DNA of 64,000 bases from Candidatus Babelota bacterium (GTDB lineage Bacteria; Babelota; Babeliae; Babelales; Vermiphilaceae), in the NCBI GenBank assembly GCA_049325595.1, contig JBMOLF010000010.1, positions 96,001 to 160,000 of the forward strand, given 5' to 3'. The notes beneath the pieces were generated by a model that did no database searches, was not told where the DNA came from, and saw nothing but the letters and a program-made list of their open reading frames with translations. Position 1 is the first letter of the stretch. Each line of letters begins with the position of its first letter. Both the position numbers and the translations under genes were made by a program. Shown in pieces: positions 39,570 through 48,957 of this stretch.

Positions 39570-42251
39570 TTAATTCCAACCATAAGCCATGTTAAAATGT
39601 ACTTCGTGAACTGATTCACCTTTGCGAGGATCAAGTTTGAAGCCCCAGTCTATGCTAAGTGGCATTGGATTTAATAATCGAATACCAACTCCTACTGCAT
39701 GGCGATAATCAAATCCATTATGGCGTATAAATTGTGCAGGAACATCACGTGCATATGGGTTATCCCAGCCAGATCCGCCATCGTAAAATAAAAGACCTTT
39801 TACGCTGAAATCTGACATAATAGGGAAAATAAATTCAGCATTCACATATAATGCCTTACTTGCACCGATTGAGTCTCCAAGGAAGGAGTCTTCTAAATCA
39901 ATGACACCAAATTGTGGGCTGATTTGTCCCCATAAAAATCCTCTTACTGTGGCTGGTCCACCAATGTGGAAAAGATCGCGGTAAGGAATTAAGCGTCCTT
40001 TAAATGGATTGGCAAAACCCAAGAAAGTATGTAAGTGGAAAATAAGATCATACTCACCAATAAGTGGCGTGTAATAGTGAAAGTCAAAGTCAAACTTGTA
40101 AAAACCAGTACAGCCTTGAGTTCCTGAGAATGCACCCACAGCACGAGCAAGCCAACTATGCCCTCGATTTGGGTGTAATGGATGATTACGAATATCTTGT
40201 CCTAATTGTGCTACAATTGAAGCATACGTATTAGGTCGGAATAATTTTTGAAGTATTATGTCATAGGCAGCAGCTGCTTCAAAACGTTCAACTTCGTCAC
40301 GTGCACGTGTTATTATCGCACGCGGAATAGCCTGATATTTAATGTTATCAAGCCCCACAGCACATCGTACAAACACATCATTAATCCAAGGGAAGGTGCG
40401 CATTCGTGTTACAAAACCGCTTGTTACCACACCACCTGTATCAATTTCATTAATTGGTAAGGTATGGTGTACTTCCTCATAGGCAAGTCGTTTATGATAC
40501 GTATCAAAAGAACCAAAAATTGGTTTATCAAATAACCAAGGTTGAGTCATGTTAAACATGAAGCTTACATCTTCATGTGAGAATCTACTGGTAATATTGG
40601 TACGAATACCGGTTCCAAATAAGTTAATATCAGAGACATTCAATTCCATTGAAACACCTTTGAGTGGCGAAGAAATTGAACGATCTGTACCAGAAAATGA
40701 AAGCTGGAAAGAGGCATTACCCGTTCGCGCTTCTTTAACAATGAGGTCTAAGTCGGCCGTATCATCGTCAATACGATTGATTTTCCAGTTAACCCCTTCT
40801 CGTTGGTCAAAGTAACCTAGAGATTCAACACGATTTTTGGAAATTTCCATTTTTTGATTAGTAAGTAATTCACCCTCATCAAGAACTAATTGACGACGAA
40901 TAACTTTGTCACGTGTTTTTTTATTTCCACGAACAGTGATTCGATTTAAGGTAATTTTTTTACCAAGCTCGGTATAAAATGCCAAACTAATAGTTTTATT
41001 TTCTTCATCAACTTGAATTGACGGGTCGACATGGGCAAAAATATAACCATGCTCACCCCACACAAATTCTAAAGCTTTAATCGTTTCAACGACAAGTTCA
41101 CGAGAAAAAACATCTCCTGGTCGTATTGGAATACGACATAGAATAAATTCTTCAGAAAGTATTTCATTGCCCGGCACTTGAATATCTTTGATGTGATACA
41201 AAGCACCTTCTTGAATTTCGTAAGTTATAGTAAAACAACTATTGGTAGCATCTGGTTCAATAATAACGTCAGTTACTTTTGCATCATAATAACCATGATT
41301 TTGATAGTATTGTTCAATTGCATACTTATCGCCTTCTAAACGTTCTTCTTGAAAAATACCCGATCTATCTAAAAAGCTGAGCAACCAATCTTCTCGGGTA
41401 TACAATATGCTTCTTAACTTTTTGCTTGGAACATGGTTGTTACCGGTAAATTCAATACGCTTAACAACAGCACGTGGATGCTCGGTAATGAAAAATTTTG
41501 CCACCGCTTTATTACTATCATCAACTTCAAGTTCAGTTTGAATATCGATACGATGATATCCTTTTTCGCGATACAGGCGTTTAATTTTTAAGGCTATCGT
41601 GTCAAGTTCTTCTTTATCTATAGCGGGGATTTCATCAATTTTTAATTTCTCATAAATTTCTTTTTTCGTTAATTGATTGTTGCCGCTAAATATAAAGTCT
41701 TTAAGAGGGTATTTTTCCTGAACGATAATATAGAGCGTAATATTGTTTTCATCAATCTGTTCTGTTTCTATCGTAATATTTCTAAAACGCTTCAATTCAG
41801 TAAAAAGATTGCGAATAAGCTTACCAGTTAGTTGTGGATTAAAAGGCTGTCCAACTCGATATGGTATGCGATTTAATATTGCTTCAGTTGCAACATATAC
41901 ATTTCCTTGCACTATAATATTAGCAATAATAGGCATTTTTGATAAGGATACTGTAGTTTCTTCTTCTGCCTCATCATCACTTTCATCTTCGTCTGCTTCA
42001 TCATACTCGACATCATCTTCGGCATCTTCTTGCTCGACTATATCATCGTGATTGTCTTGAAAATTATCTTGATCAGACGATAATTCAAGAGCTTCTTGGT
42101 CAGTTATTTCTTCTTGCGATGATGTTGAGTGCATTTCTTCTGCAGGTAGCATTGTTGCTTGATTATTGTAAGAAGTATTGCAAAAGAGAGCTATTAATAA
42201 GAACGCTAGCCACGTCGCGCTCTTGTTTTTAGTAAGAACAGATCGAGTCAT
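39570..42251 (-). CDS. bamA: Outer membrane protein assembly factor BamA
   Basis: Five POTRA-like repeats (GN..TRDKVIRR), NLFGTG, TVRGF loop, P.PLSIDWG. Confidence 0.95.
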   Translation of the reverse strand: MTRSVLTKNKSATWLAFLLIALFCNTSYNNQATMLPAEEMHSTSSQEEITDQEALELSSDQDNFQDNHDDIVEQEDAEDDVEYDEADEDESDDEAEEETTVSLSKMPIIANIIVQGNVYVATEAILNRIPYRVGQPFNPQLTGKLIRNLFTELKRFRNITIETEQIDENNITLYIIVQEKYPLKDFIFSGNNQLTKKEIYEKLKIDEIPAIDKEELDTIALKIKRLYREKGYHRIDIQTELEVDDSNKAVAKFFITEHPRAVVKRIEFTGNNHVPSKKLRSILYTREDWLLSFLDRSGIFQEERLEGDKYAIEQYYQNHGYYDAKVTDVIIEPDATNSCFTITYEIQEGALYHIKDIQVPGNEILSEEFILCRIPIRPGDVFSRELVVETIKALEFVWGEHGYIFAHVDPSIQVDEENKTISLAFYTELGKKITLNRITVRGNKKTRDKVIRRQLVLDEGELLTNQKMEISKNRVESLGYFDQREGVNWKINRIDDDTADLDLIVKEARTGNASFQLSFSGTDRSISSPLKGVSMELNVSDINLFGTGIRTNITSRFSHEDVSFMFNMTQPWLFDKPIFGSFDTYHKRLAYEEVHHTLPINEIDTGGVVTSGFVTRMRTFPWINDVFVRCAVGLDNIKYQAIPRAIITRARDEVERFEAAAAYDIILQKLFRPNTYASIVAQLGQDIRNHPLHPNRGHSWLARAVGAFSGTQGCTGFYKFDFDFHYYTPLIGEYDLIFHLHTFLGFANPFKGRLIPYRDLFHIGGPATVRGFLWGQISPQFGVIDLEDSFLGDSIGASKALYVNAEFIFPIMSDFSVKGLLFYDGGSGWDNPYARDVPAQFIRHNGFDYRHAVGVGIRLLNPMPLSIDWGFKLDPRKGESVHEVHFNMAYGWN

Positions 42252-42418
42252 TATCTAAGCTCCTGAGCCAGTTGATACCGTTTTTTTAAGTTATAATTAC
42301 GTGTCAATGCAGAAAACTAGCATACTATTTTTTTTTGAATTGAACAGGCCTGTCGCTATTTAAAGAAAAAGTTTATGCTATATTTAAAGTGAGCAAACCG
42401 TTAAATGTGAGAAAAAAT

Positions 42419-43756
42419 ATGTTATCCATTACTAATACTTTATCGGCTACTAAAGAGCTTTTTAAACCACATAACTCAGAAAAAATAACAATGTATGTAT
42501 GTGGTATAACCCCCTATGATTATGCACATTTAGGGCATGGTAGATGTTATGTAACATTTGATTTATTGTATAGATTACTTTTAGCACTAGGTTATACGGT
42601 TACCTATTGTCGTAATTTTACAGATATTGATGATAAGATCATTGCAAAAGCGCAACAAGAATTTGGTGATGAGGCAAAATTTTTAGAGATTGCCAATCGT
42701 TATATTCAAACATTTAAAGAAGATATTGGACTTCTTAATTGCAAGAATCCATCAATTGAGCCGCGAGTAACTCAAACCATTCCAGAAATAATTTCATTTG
42801 TAAAGGGTCTTATCAAGGCTGGTAAGGCATACGAAGTTGATGGTGATGTTTATTATCATATTTCACAATTTCCAGGCTATGGTAAACTCTCAAAACAAAA
42901 GCTTGATGAATTGCGAGCCGGTGCTCGTGTTGAGCTGAGTGATAAAAAAAGAGATCCACTTGATTTTGCCTTATGGAAAAGTGAACCAGAAGGCCACTTT
43001 TGGCAAAGTCCGTGGGGATGGGGACGACCAGGCTGGCATATTGAATGTTCTGCTATGGCGGCTAAATTTTTAGGCGAGACTATTGATATTCATGGTGGAG
43101 GCATGGACTTAATTTTCCCTCATCATGAAAATGAAATTGCCCAATCAGAAGGCTTGTTTGAACAACCTTTAGCAAAATATTGGGTACATAATGGTTTTGT
43201 GCGTGTAAATCAAGTAAAAATGTCCAAATCTCTTGGTAACTTTTTTACGTTGCGTGATTTGTATGCAAAATTTGATCCCATGGTGATTCGTTTTTATTTT
43301 TTAAACCATCAGTATAAAGCGCCGCTTGAATTTTCATTAGATGATTTAGAGGTAATGAAAAAGACTTATCAGCGACTATGCAAATCTTTTGTTGGATCTT
43401 CTGCTCAAGTGGTTACTGATCGTGATATGTTAAATAGTAGTACGGTTCAAAAGATGCTCACATTTTTATACGATGATCTAAATACACCCGGCATGTTAGG
43501 GGTTTTATTTGAATCTCTTCCCTCGTTGCGTAGTACAGAGTCTGAGTTTTTTTCGGTTAAAAGATTTTTGCAAGAGATCTTAGGATTGTCGCTTGTGCCA
43601 TTAGTTGAACCAGAAGTTGTTATGACTCCTGAAATTGAACAATTAATAGCCCAAAGAGAACAAGCGCGATTAGAAAAAAATTGGCAACGTGCAGATCAAA
43701 TCCGCGAGCAACTCAAACAAATGGGCTATGATGTACAGGATAAGAAAATTAAATAA
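42419..43756 (+). CDS. cysS: Cysteine--tRNA ligase
   Basis: MYVCGITPYD..HLGH, DFALWK, GRPGWHIECSAM, KMSKS. Confidence 0.98.
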   Translation: MLSITNTLSATKELFKPHNSEKITMYVCGITPYDYAHLGHGRCYVTFDLLYRLLLALGYTVTYCRNFTDIDDKIIAKAQQEFGDEAKFLEIANRYIQTFKEDIGLLNCKNPSIEPRVTQTIPEIISFVKGLIKAGKAYEVDGDVYYHISQFPGYGKLSKQKLDELRAGARVELSDKKRDPLDFALWKSEPEGHFWQSPWGWGRPGWHIECSAMAAKFLGETIDIHGGGMDLIFPHHENEIAQSEGLFEQPLAKYWVHNGFVRVNQVKMSKSLGNFFTLRDLYAKFDPMVIRFYFLNHQYKAPLEFSLDDLEVMKKTYQRLCKSFVGSSAQVVTDRDMLNSSTVQKMLTFLYDDLNTPGMLGVLFESLPSLRSTESEFFSVKRFLQEILGLSLVPLVEPEVVMTPEIEQLIAQREQARLEKNWQRADQIREQLKQMGYDVQDKKIK

Positions 43757-43778
43757 AGATGATTTAAAAGCATTTGTG

Positions 43779-44582
43779 TTATAGCGGGGGTTGTTGATTA
43801 TGGTTGATCCTGGCTTGCTGTAATTTGCAATGTATTGTTAACCATAGAAGCAAAATAAAAATACCCCATGAAATGCCAAATAAAATTACTACAATTTTGA
43901 GGACTATGATTGGAGTTCTTTTAAAAAGTACGGTAAATTGTCTGTATGCCTGTAAAGTAATTATCAACATAATGAGAAGTTTTAATGTGGCTTTTTTCGA
44001 TAGATTCCAACTTGCTAATAAAGCGGCGATAGGTGTTTTTTGATTCACGCATATTTCGGGAATAAAAAAAATGAATCGACTGCACATGAAAAATAAAGTT
44101 GCAACGCCAATTATATAATGTACTTCTCTTAGATTCTGTGGGTTAACTTGAAAATAACCTCCAATTACTAGAATTGGTATTGAGATGTGCGCGACTATGC
44201 CTAAAAACAGTAAAACAAGTAATGCCATTGATATATATAACAAAAAACTATCGCGTATTGATTGGTGAAAAAGTTTTTTTTGATTATTTTTTTTATTCAG
44301 ATTATGAATATACCCTATACTGTTGGTCAAACCAATATAAAAGGGCATAGCTTTGATGGATTGTAAAATAAGATCAATGATAATTTTTATATAGAAGTGC
44401 TGATTGGTCAAAGGAGCAAGCCACGGACTCACTTGTGCCAAAGAAAAATTAACTATATATGATAGTAATAAAGTTGCGATATAGATAAGCGTTATTGGAA
44501 AGAATAGAATAACAAAATTTTTTTTATAAAAAGCAAAAGCTTCTTTTATTGATTTTGATAATAAATTCCATGTTAAATACAT
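43779..44582 (-). CDS. Multi-pass membrane protein
   Basis: About 6 hydrophobic segments; AL.ASW.LSK pattern. Confidence 0.7.
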   Translation of the reverse strand: MYLTWNLLSKSIKEAFAFYKKNFVILFFPITLIYIATLLLSYIVNFSLAQVSPWLAPLTNQHFYIKIIIDLILQSIKAMPFYIGLTNSIGYIHNLNKKNNQKKLFHQSIRDSFLLYISMALLVLLFLGIVAHISIPILVIGGYFQVNPQNLREVHYIIGVATLFFMCSRFIFFIPEICVNQKTPIAALLASWNLSKKATLKLLIMLIITLQAYRQFTVLFKRTPIIVLKIVVILFGISWGIFILLLWLTIHCKLQQARINHNQQPPL

Positions 44583-44639
44583 ATGAAATCTTTCATGAAT
44601 ATTGAATTAAGTAACATCGATATATAAGGTATAGGTAGT

Positions 44640-44897
44640 ATGAGGAAGCTAAAAATTATTCTTCTTGTGGGTGTCATGCCGTTGATTGCAAATGCAATGA
44701 TAAAAGATGAAGATAAAACATACGCACAATTTATTATAGCAGATTTTCTCACTCATCATAATCAAGAAAACAATAATGAATGGCATCGCAATGAGCAAAC
44801 ACACTGTTGGGAGCATTGCTGTTCATATAATATTAAATCGGCTCTGAATGTATATGAATCTCTTTTAAAAATTAAATTAGAAGAATTTACAGAATAG
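44640..44897 (+). CDS. Small signal-peptide hypothetical protein
   Basis: MRKLKIILLVGVMPLIANA-MI. Confidence 0.6.
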   Translation: MRKLKIILLVGVMPLIANAMIKDEDKTYAQFIIADFLTHHNQENNNEWHRNEQTHCWEHCCSYNIKSALNVYESLLKIKLEEFTE

Positions 44898-44957
44898 ATA
44901 GTTTTTTAACTATTCCCAACAAAAATAAAGATTTGTTAAAGTTGCAAAAAAAGATAG

Positions 44958-45536
44958 TTGGGGAAAATGAAAGTGTATTTATTAATATATTTTCCATTCT
45001 TGAGAGTAACAAATAATAAATTTTTTATTTTTGTTTTAAAACTTTTTTTAATGACAATAAATCATGTTTATGCGCAAGAAGGTTCATACAATGTAACAAT
45101 CAATATTGATAATAGCAGTAATCAGGGAATAAATAATCAAATACATCAGCAATGCAAATGCATTAAATATTTTGGGCAAAAATTACGAGAATGCATGAAA
45201 ACATTATCAAAAAAAGAGCAAAAAATTAATTATCTTGCGATGACAGAAGATGCCCAAATGGAGTATGTCAAATCTTTAACTCTTCTTGAACATATAGCAT
45301 TGATCAGGCTTTTTGAGCATGACACAGAAATAGGTCCAACTGAACAAGAAATTATTAATCAATTCAAAATGATTGAAGAAGTTTATAACAAAAGAAATAA
45401 ACTAAGTCCTGAAAATACAATTATATGTAGGTTATTTCCTTTTCCTTCATGTATACCATCAATTTGGTATGACTATTTATTGGCAGATTATGCTGTAGCA
45501 AAAAAAAAATATTTTTTAAAAAAAGGTAAAACATGA
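44958..45536 (+). CDS. Hypothetical protein; start uncertain
   Basis: 192-aa ORF coupled (ATGA) to the next gene. Confidence 0.6.
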   Translation: MGKMKVYLLIYFPFLRVTNNKFFIFVLKLFLMTINHVYAQEGSYNVTINIDNSSNQGINNQIHQQCKCIKYFGQKLRECMKTLSKKEQKINYLAMTEDAQMEYVKSLTLLEHIALIRLFEHDTEIGPTEQEIINQFKMIEEVYNKRNKLSPENTIICRLFPFPSCIPSIWYDYLLADYAVAKKKYFLKKGKT

Positions 45537-46171
45537 GCAATGACCTAACAAACCCGTTTAGAATTATTATCTATCTGTTGGGTGTTACTTTCTTTATTGC
45601 AGCAGAATCAATTAAGTTGCCAGTAAAAAATGGTTTTACTATACATATACAAAATAATTCAGTTCAAACAATAAATTCTTCTGATCAATGTACTAAGCCG
45701 ATGGAGAAAGTACCTGTAGTTAATTGGGTAACTAACCATCCAACTAAATCTTTACTTGCCAGTATTATAGCTCTTTATACAGTTGGTGGTATGCTTTTTT
45801 TCTTGCTTAAATATGGTGCTCGTTATATTGATTGTTGGTCAAGTTGGAAATCAGAAGTTCCCCTTACTATTTTAAAGCAGATTAAAATTAACGATTTAAT
45901 GGATGAGTTATTTATCGATGTAGCAAAGAAATATAAAGAACAAGAAAAATGGAAACTTTTATATAAAACTCTTTCTGATATTCAACGCTCAATAGCTCTC
46001 TATGCTGCAGCGTTTAAGATACACGGTTATTTTGAATATATTAAATTAGACTTTTTATGGAATCCAATCAGTAAAAAACAAACTATTTTAGAAAAAATAG
46101 AACGACTGGAATTATTGCAAGATCGCATTAGCCAATTTCTTACAGAAAAATACCATGCTCAGATTAGCTAA
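45533..46171 (+). CDS. Hypothetical membrane protein
   Basis: N-terminal hydrophobic segment plus internal TM; WSSWK motif. Confidence 0.65.
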   Translation: MSNDLTNPFRIIIYLLGVTFFIAAESIKLPVKNGFTIHIQNNSVQTINSSDQCTKPMEKVPVVNWVTNHPTKSLLASIIALYTVGGMLFFLLKYGARYIDCWSSWKSEVPLTILKQIKINDLMDELFIDVAKKYKEQEKWKLLYKTLSDIQRSIALYAAAFKIHGYFEYIKLDFLWNPISKKQTILEKIERLELLQDRISQFLTEKYHAQIS

Positions 46172-46649
46172 AAACTTAGTAGTGTTTTTTTGTTTGATGA
46201 GCATATCTACTTATGGTTATGGAATACTCAAACGAACACCAGCTTTTGATGCATTGGTTACACAATTATTAAACCAACAATATAATCATGTTGCCTTAAC
46301 CTCTGTTGATAACAATACAACAGTAAAACCAAATAATAAGTCTTATAATTCTTTAATAAAAAAGCTTAATCAAATTTCAGTTATTTACTTTGCAATTCGG
46401 TTAGGAACATATGATATGGTACATAACAGTAAATTAGGAAAAACTTTTGCAATAAAAGAAAATTTTATTTTAAAAAAACTCAATATTACAAAAATATGGC
46501 TGTATAAGCTAACCACGATAGCCATTGAAACATTAATACTCAAAACTATCATTAAATCTGGCATCTACATAGGTATGCATGATGCATTTGATGCAACTTT
46601 AGATAGCATCAAACGGTTATTTAAGATAATTTTGAGTATTATGTACTGA
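46155..46649 (+). CDS. Hypothetical protein
   Basis: Signal-peptide-like N-terminus; overlaps the previous gene. Confidence 0.6.
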   Translation: MLRLAKNLVVFFCLMSISTYGYGILKRTPAFDALVTQLLNQQYNHVALTSVDNNTTVKPNNKSYNSLIKKLNQISVIYFAIRLGTYDMVHNSKLGKTFAIKENFILKKLNITKIWLYKLTTIAIETLILKTIIKSGIYIGMHDAFDATLDSIKRLFKIILSIMY

Positions 46650-46970
46650 TTAACTTAAATATTCTTGAATGCGAGCTTTTAGATCATCTTTGCTCATGTA
46701 ACCAGTTTCTTTTGCTTTTATTTCGCCATTTTTAACGAAGATAAAAGTAGGAACCGAGGTTACGCCAAATTGAATAGAAAGATCGCGTGCTTCATCGACA
46801 TTTAATTTGACAAATTTGTACTCATCTTTTAATTCTTTTTCTAGCGCTTCAAATATAGGAGCCATTTGTTGGCAAGGTCCACACCAGCTTGCATATACAT
46901 CAATTACAACCGGGAGTGTAGAGTTAACAACTTCTTGTTGGTAATTATCTTTAGTTATAGAAACTGACAT
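46650..46970 (-). CDS. trxA: Thioredoxin
   Basis: WCGPC active site, 106 aa. Confidence 0.96.
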   Translation of the reverse strand: MSVSITKDNYQQEVVNSTLPVVIDVYASWCGPCQQMAPIFEALEKELKDEYKFVKLNVDEARDLSIQFGVTSVPTFIFVKNGEIKAKETGYMSKDDLKARIQEYLS

Positions 46971-47147
46971 TGCTTGTCCTTATGTTTTGATTATTTACCA
47001 TCTTATTTAGGGTATCATAAGTGGACTATTCTGACTATGATTGAGCAAGAATCATTTTTTACTATGTAACTTATTGCGTTTATAAGTCAAAGGACAGGAT
47101 ACTTAACAAAAAAGAGAGTTGTTTTTATAAAAAAATAGGAGAGGTCC

Positions 47148-48890
47148 GTGAAAATTTTATGCTACATAGTGCTGTTATTAGTGGCACAGATCAGCACAAC
47201 GGATATGTATGCCGCCTTTGGAGAAAGTGCAAAAAGAAGAACAAATCAAGAAGGTCAACAAGAAAATCAAGCACCCTCATCTCAAATGGTTGATACATCT
47301 GCTGATGATGATGAATTTGTTTTACCAGAGTTAAGTTCCCAAGAAGATGTAGATACTAAAGAAAAACGTAAAAGAGCAATTGAGTTAGTGCAACATGGTA
47401 TTAATTATGCAATGGACCATTCGCTTGATGAAAGCTTAAGTGCTTTTACTCATGATGCTAAGCAATTTAGGCATGGTGAACTCTATTTATTTGTATTTGG
47501 ACTTACTGGTAGTTGGCGTGGTGTGTGTCTAGCGCATGGTCAAGAGCCAACAATAATATGGCAAAATTTGATTGATAAGCGTGACAAATATGGAATTCCT
47601 TTGGTGCAAAAAATGATTAGCCGTGCCGAAAAAGGTGGCGGTTGGGTTACCTATCAATGGCGTAATTCGACTAAAACTTCATATGTGAAAATGTTCACTA
47701 AGGGTAATCAAAGTTTTTTAATTGGATCGGGTTATTATCCCCATTCAAAACCTGATGCAGTAGTCAGTTTGGTAAAGGGGGCAGTTTCTTATTTTAAAGA
47801 TATTGTGTATAACAAAAATTTAGATCCCGTTGATGCTTTTAGTACTTTTAGTTTTCCGGGTGGGCAGTTTGTTTATGGTGATTTATATCTTTATGCTATT
47901 GATGCCAATGGTACTATGGTAGCTAATGGCGAACGGCCTGGATTAGTGGGCGTAAATATTTTTGATCAAGGTATTGCCGCAGGAAAATTACTTGATAGAC
48001 AAATGCTTACTCAACTTCGTGAATCTAATTCAGGATTATGGTTTAGGTCTCAGCATAGAGGCACGCTTAAATTATCTTATGCAAAAAAAGTAAAAGATCG
48101 ACAAGGTAAAGAATATATTATTGCATCTGGTTATTATCCCTATGCAGACAGACGTGCAGCAGTTGAACTAGTGCGACGTGGTTATGATTCGATGAAAAGA
48201 CAGGGCAAATCAGTAACCGTGCGTGAGATTAACGAAACAAGAACTGATAGCTTTCGCTTTGGTGATTTATATCTGTTTATTTATGATATGAATGGTGTGT
48301 CTATAGCTAATGGTGATAGACCTGATTTTGTAGGCCTTAATCAGAGCAATGCCCAAGATGAAGATGGCAGATTTTATGTGAGAGAAATTATTGAAAAAGC
48401 AAAAAATGGTGGTGGCTGGATCAATTTTAGAATGAACAATGCAGTTCAAGTAGCTTATGTTGAACAAGTTGATATTGGCAGCGGTAGGTATGTAATTGGT
48501 ACTGCATTATTTCCAGTATCAAAACAAGAAACAGCACGTTTAATGTTAAGAGGTGCACGCGGTTATTTAGAACGAATGCCAGAACCTATTGCGATTCGTG
48601 AATTTTCAAATCCTAAAAGTCGTTTTATTCGAGGCGATTTATTTATTTTTGTTATAGATTCTACGGGAATATGTTGGGTGTATGGCGATACACCACATAT
48701 TATTTGGCGTAATTTGTTAAATGCCAAAGATGATACAGGGAAGCAATATGTGCGTCTTATGATTAATACTGCGCGAGGTGGACCTGGACAAGTAACATAT
48801 ACTATTAATGGTACCAAACGAACTGTGTTTGTAGAGCCGTTACAAAAAGGTGAGAATAATTTTATTTTAGGATGTGGCTATTATATTTAG
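47148..48890 (+). CDS. Signal-peptide protein with four tandem single Cache-like domains
   Basis: Four repeats of F..G(D/E)L(Y/F).F...G...A.G....G.N...D..G......I..A..GGGW..Y. Confidence 0.8.
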   Translation: MKILCYIVLLLVAQISTTDMYAAFGESAKRRTNQEGQQENQAPSSQMVDTSADDDEFVLPELSSQEDVDTKEKRKRAIELVQHGINYAMDHSLDESLSAFTHDAKQFRHGELYLFVFGLTGSWRGVCLAHGQEPTIIWQNLIDKRDKYGIPLVQKMISRAEKGGGWVTYQWRNSTKTSYVKMFTKGNQSFLIGSGYYPHSKPDAVVSLVKGAVSYFKDIVYNKNLDPVDAFSTFSFPGGQFVYGDLYLYAIDANGTMVANGERPGLVGVNIFDQGIAAGKLLDRQMLTQLRESNSGLWFRSQHRGTLKLSYAKKVKDRQGKEYIIASGYYPYADRRAAVELVRRGYDSMKRQGKSVTVREINETRTDSFRFGDLYLFIYDMNGVSIANGDRPDFVGLNQSNAQDEDGRFYVREIIEKAKNGGGWINFRMNNAVQVAYVEQVDIGSGRYVIGTALFPVSKQETARLMLRGARGYLERMPEPIAIREFSNPKSRFIRGDLFIFVIDSTGICWVYGDTPHIIWRNLLNAKDDTGKQYVRLMINTARGGPGQVTYTINGTKRTVFVEPLQKGENNFILGCGYYI

Positions 48891-48901
48891 TTAAAAACCA
48901 A

Positions 48902-48936
48902 AATGAGGTAGATATATTGTCTACCTCATTGTTTTT
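48902..48936. terminator. Intrinsic terminator between convergent genes
   Basis: AATGAGGTAGA-tatattg-TCTACCTCATT. Confidence 0.7.
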
Positions 48937-48957
48937 TAATTCATTGATTTTAAAAAA

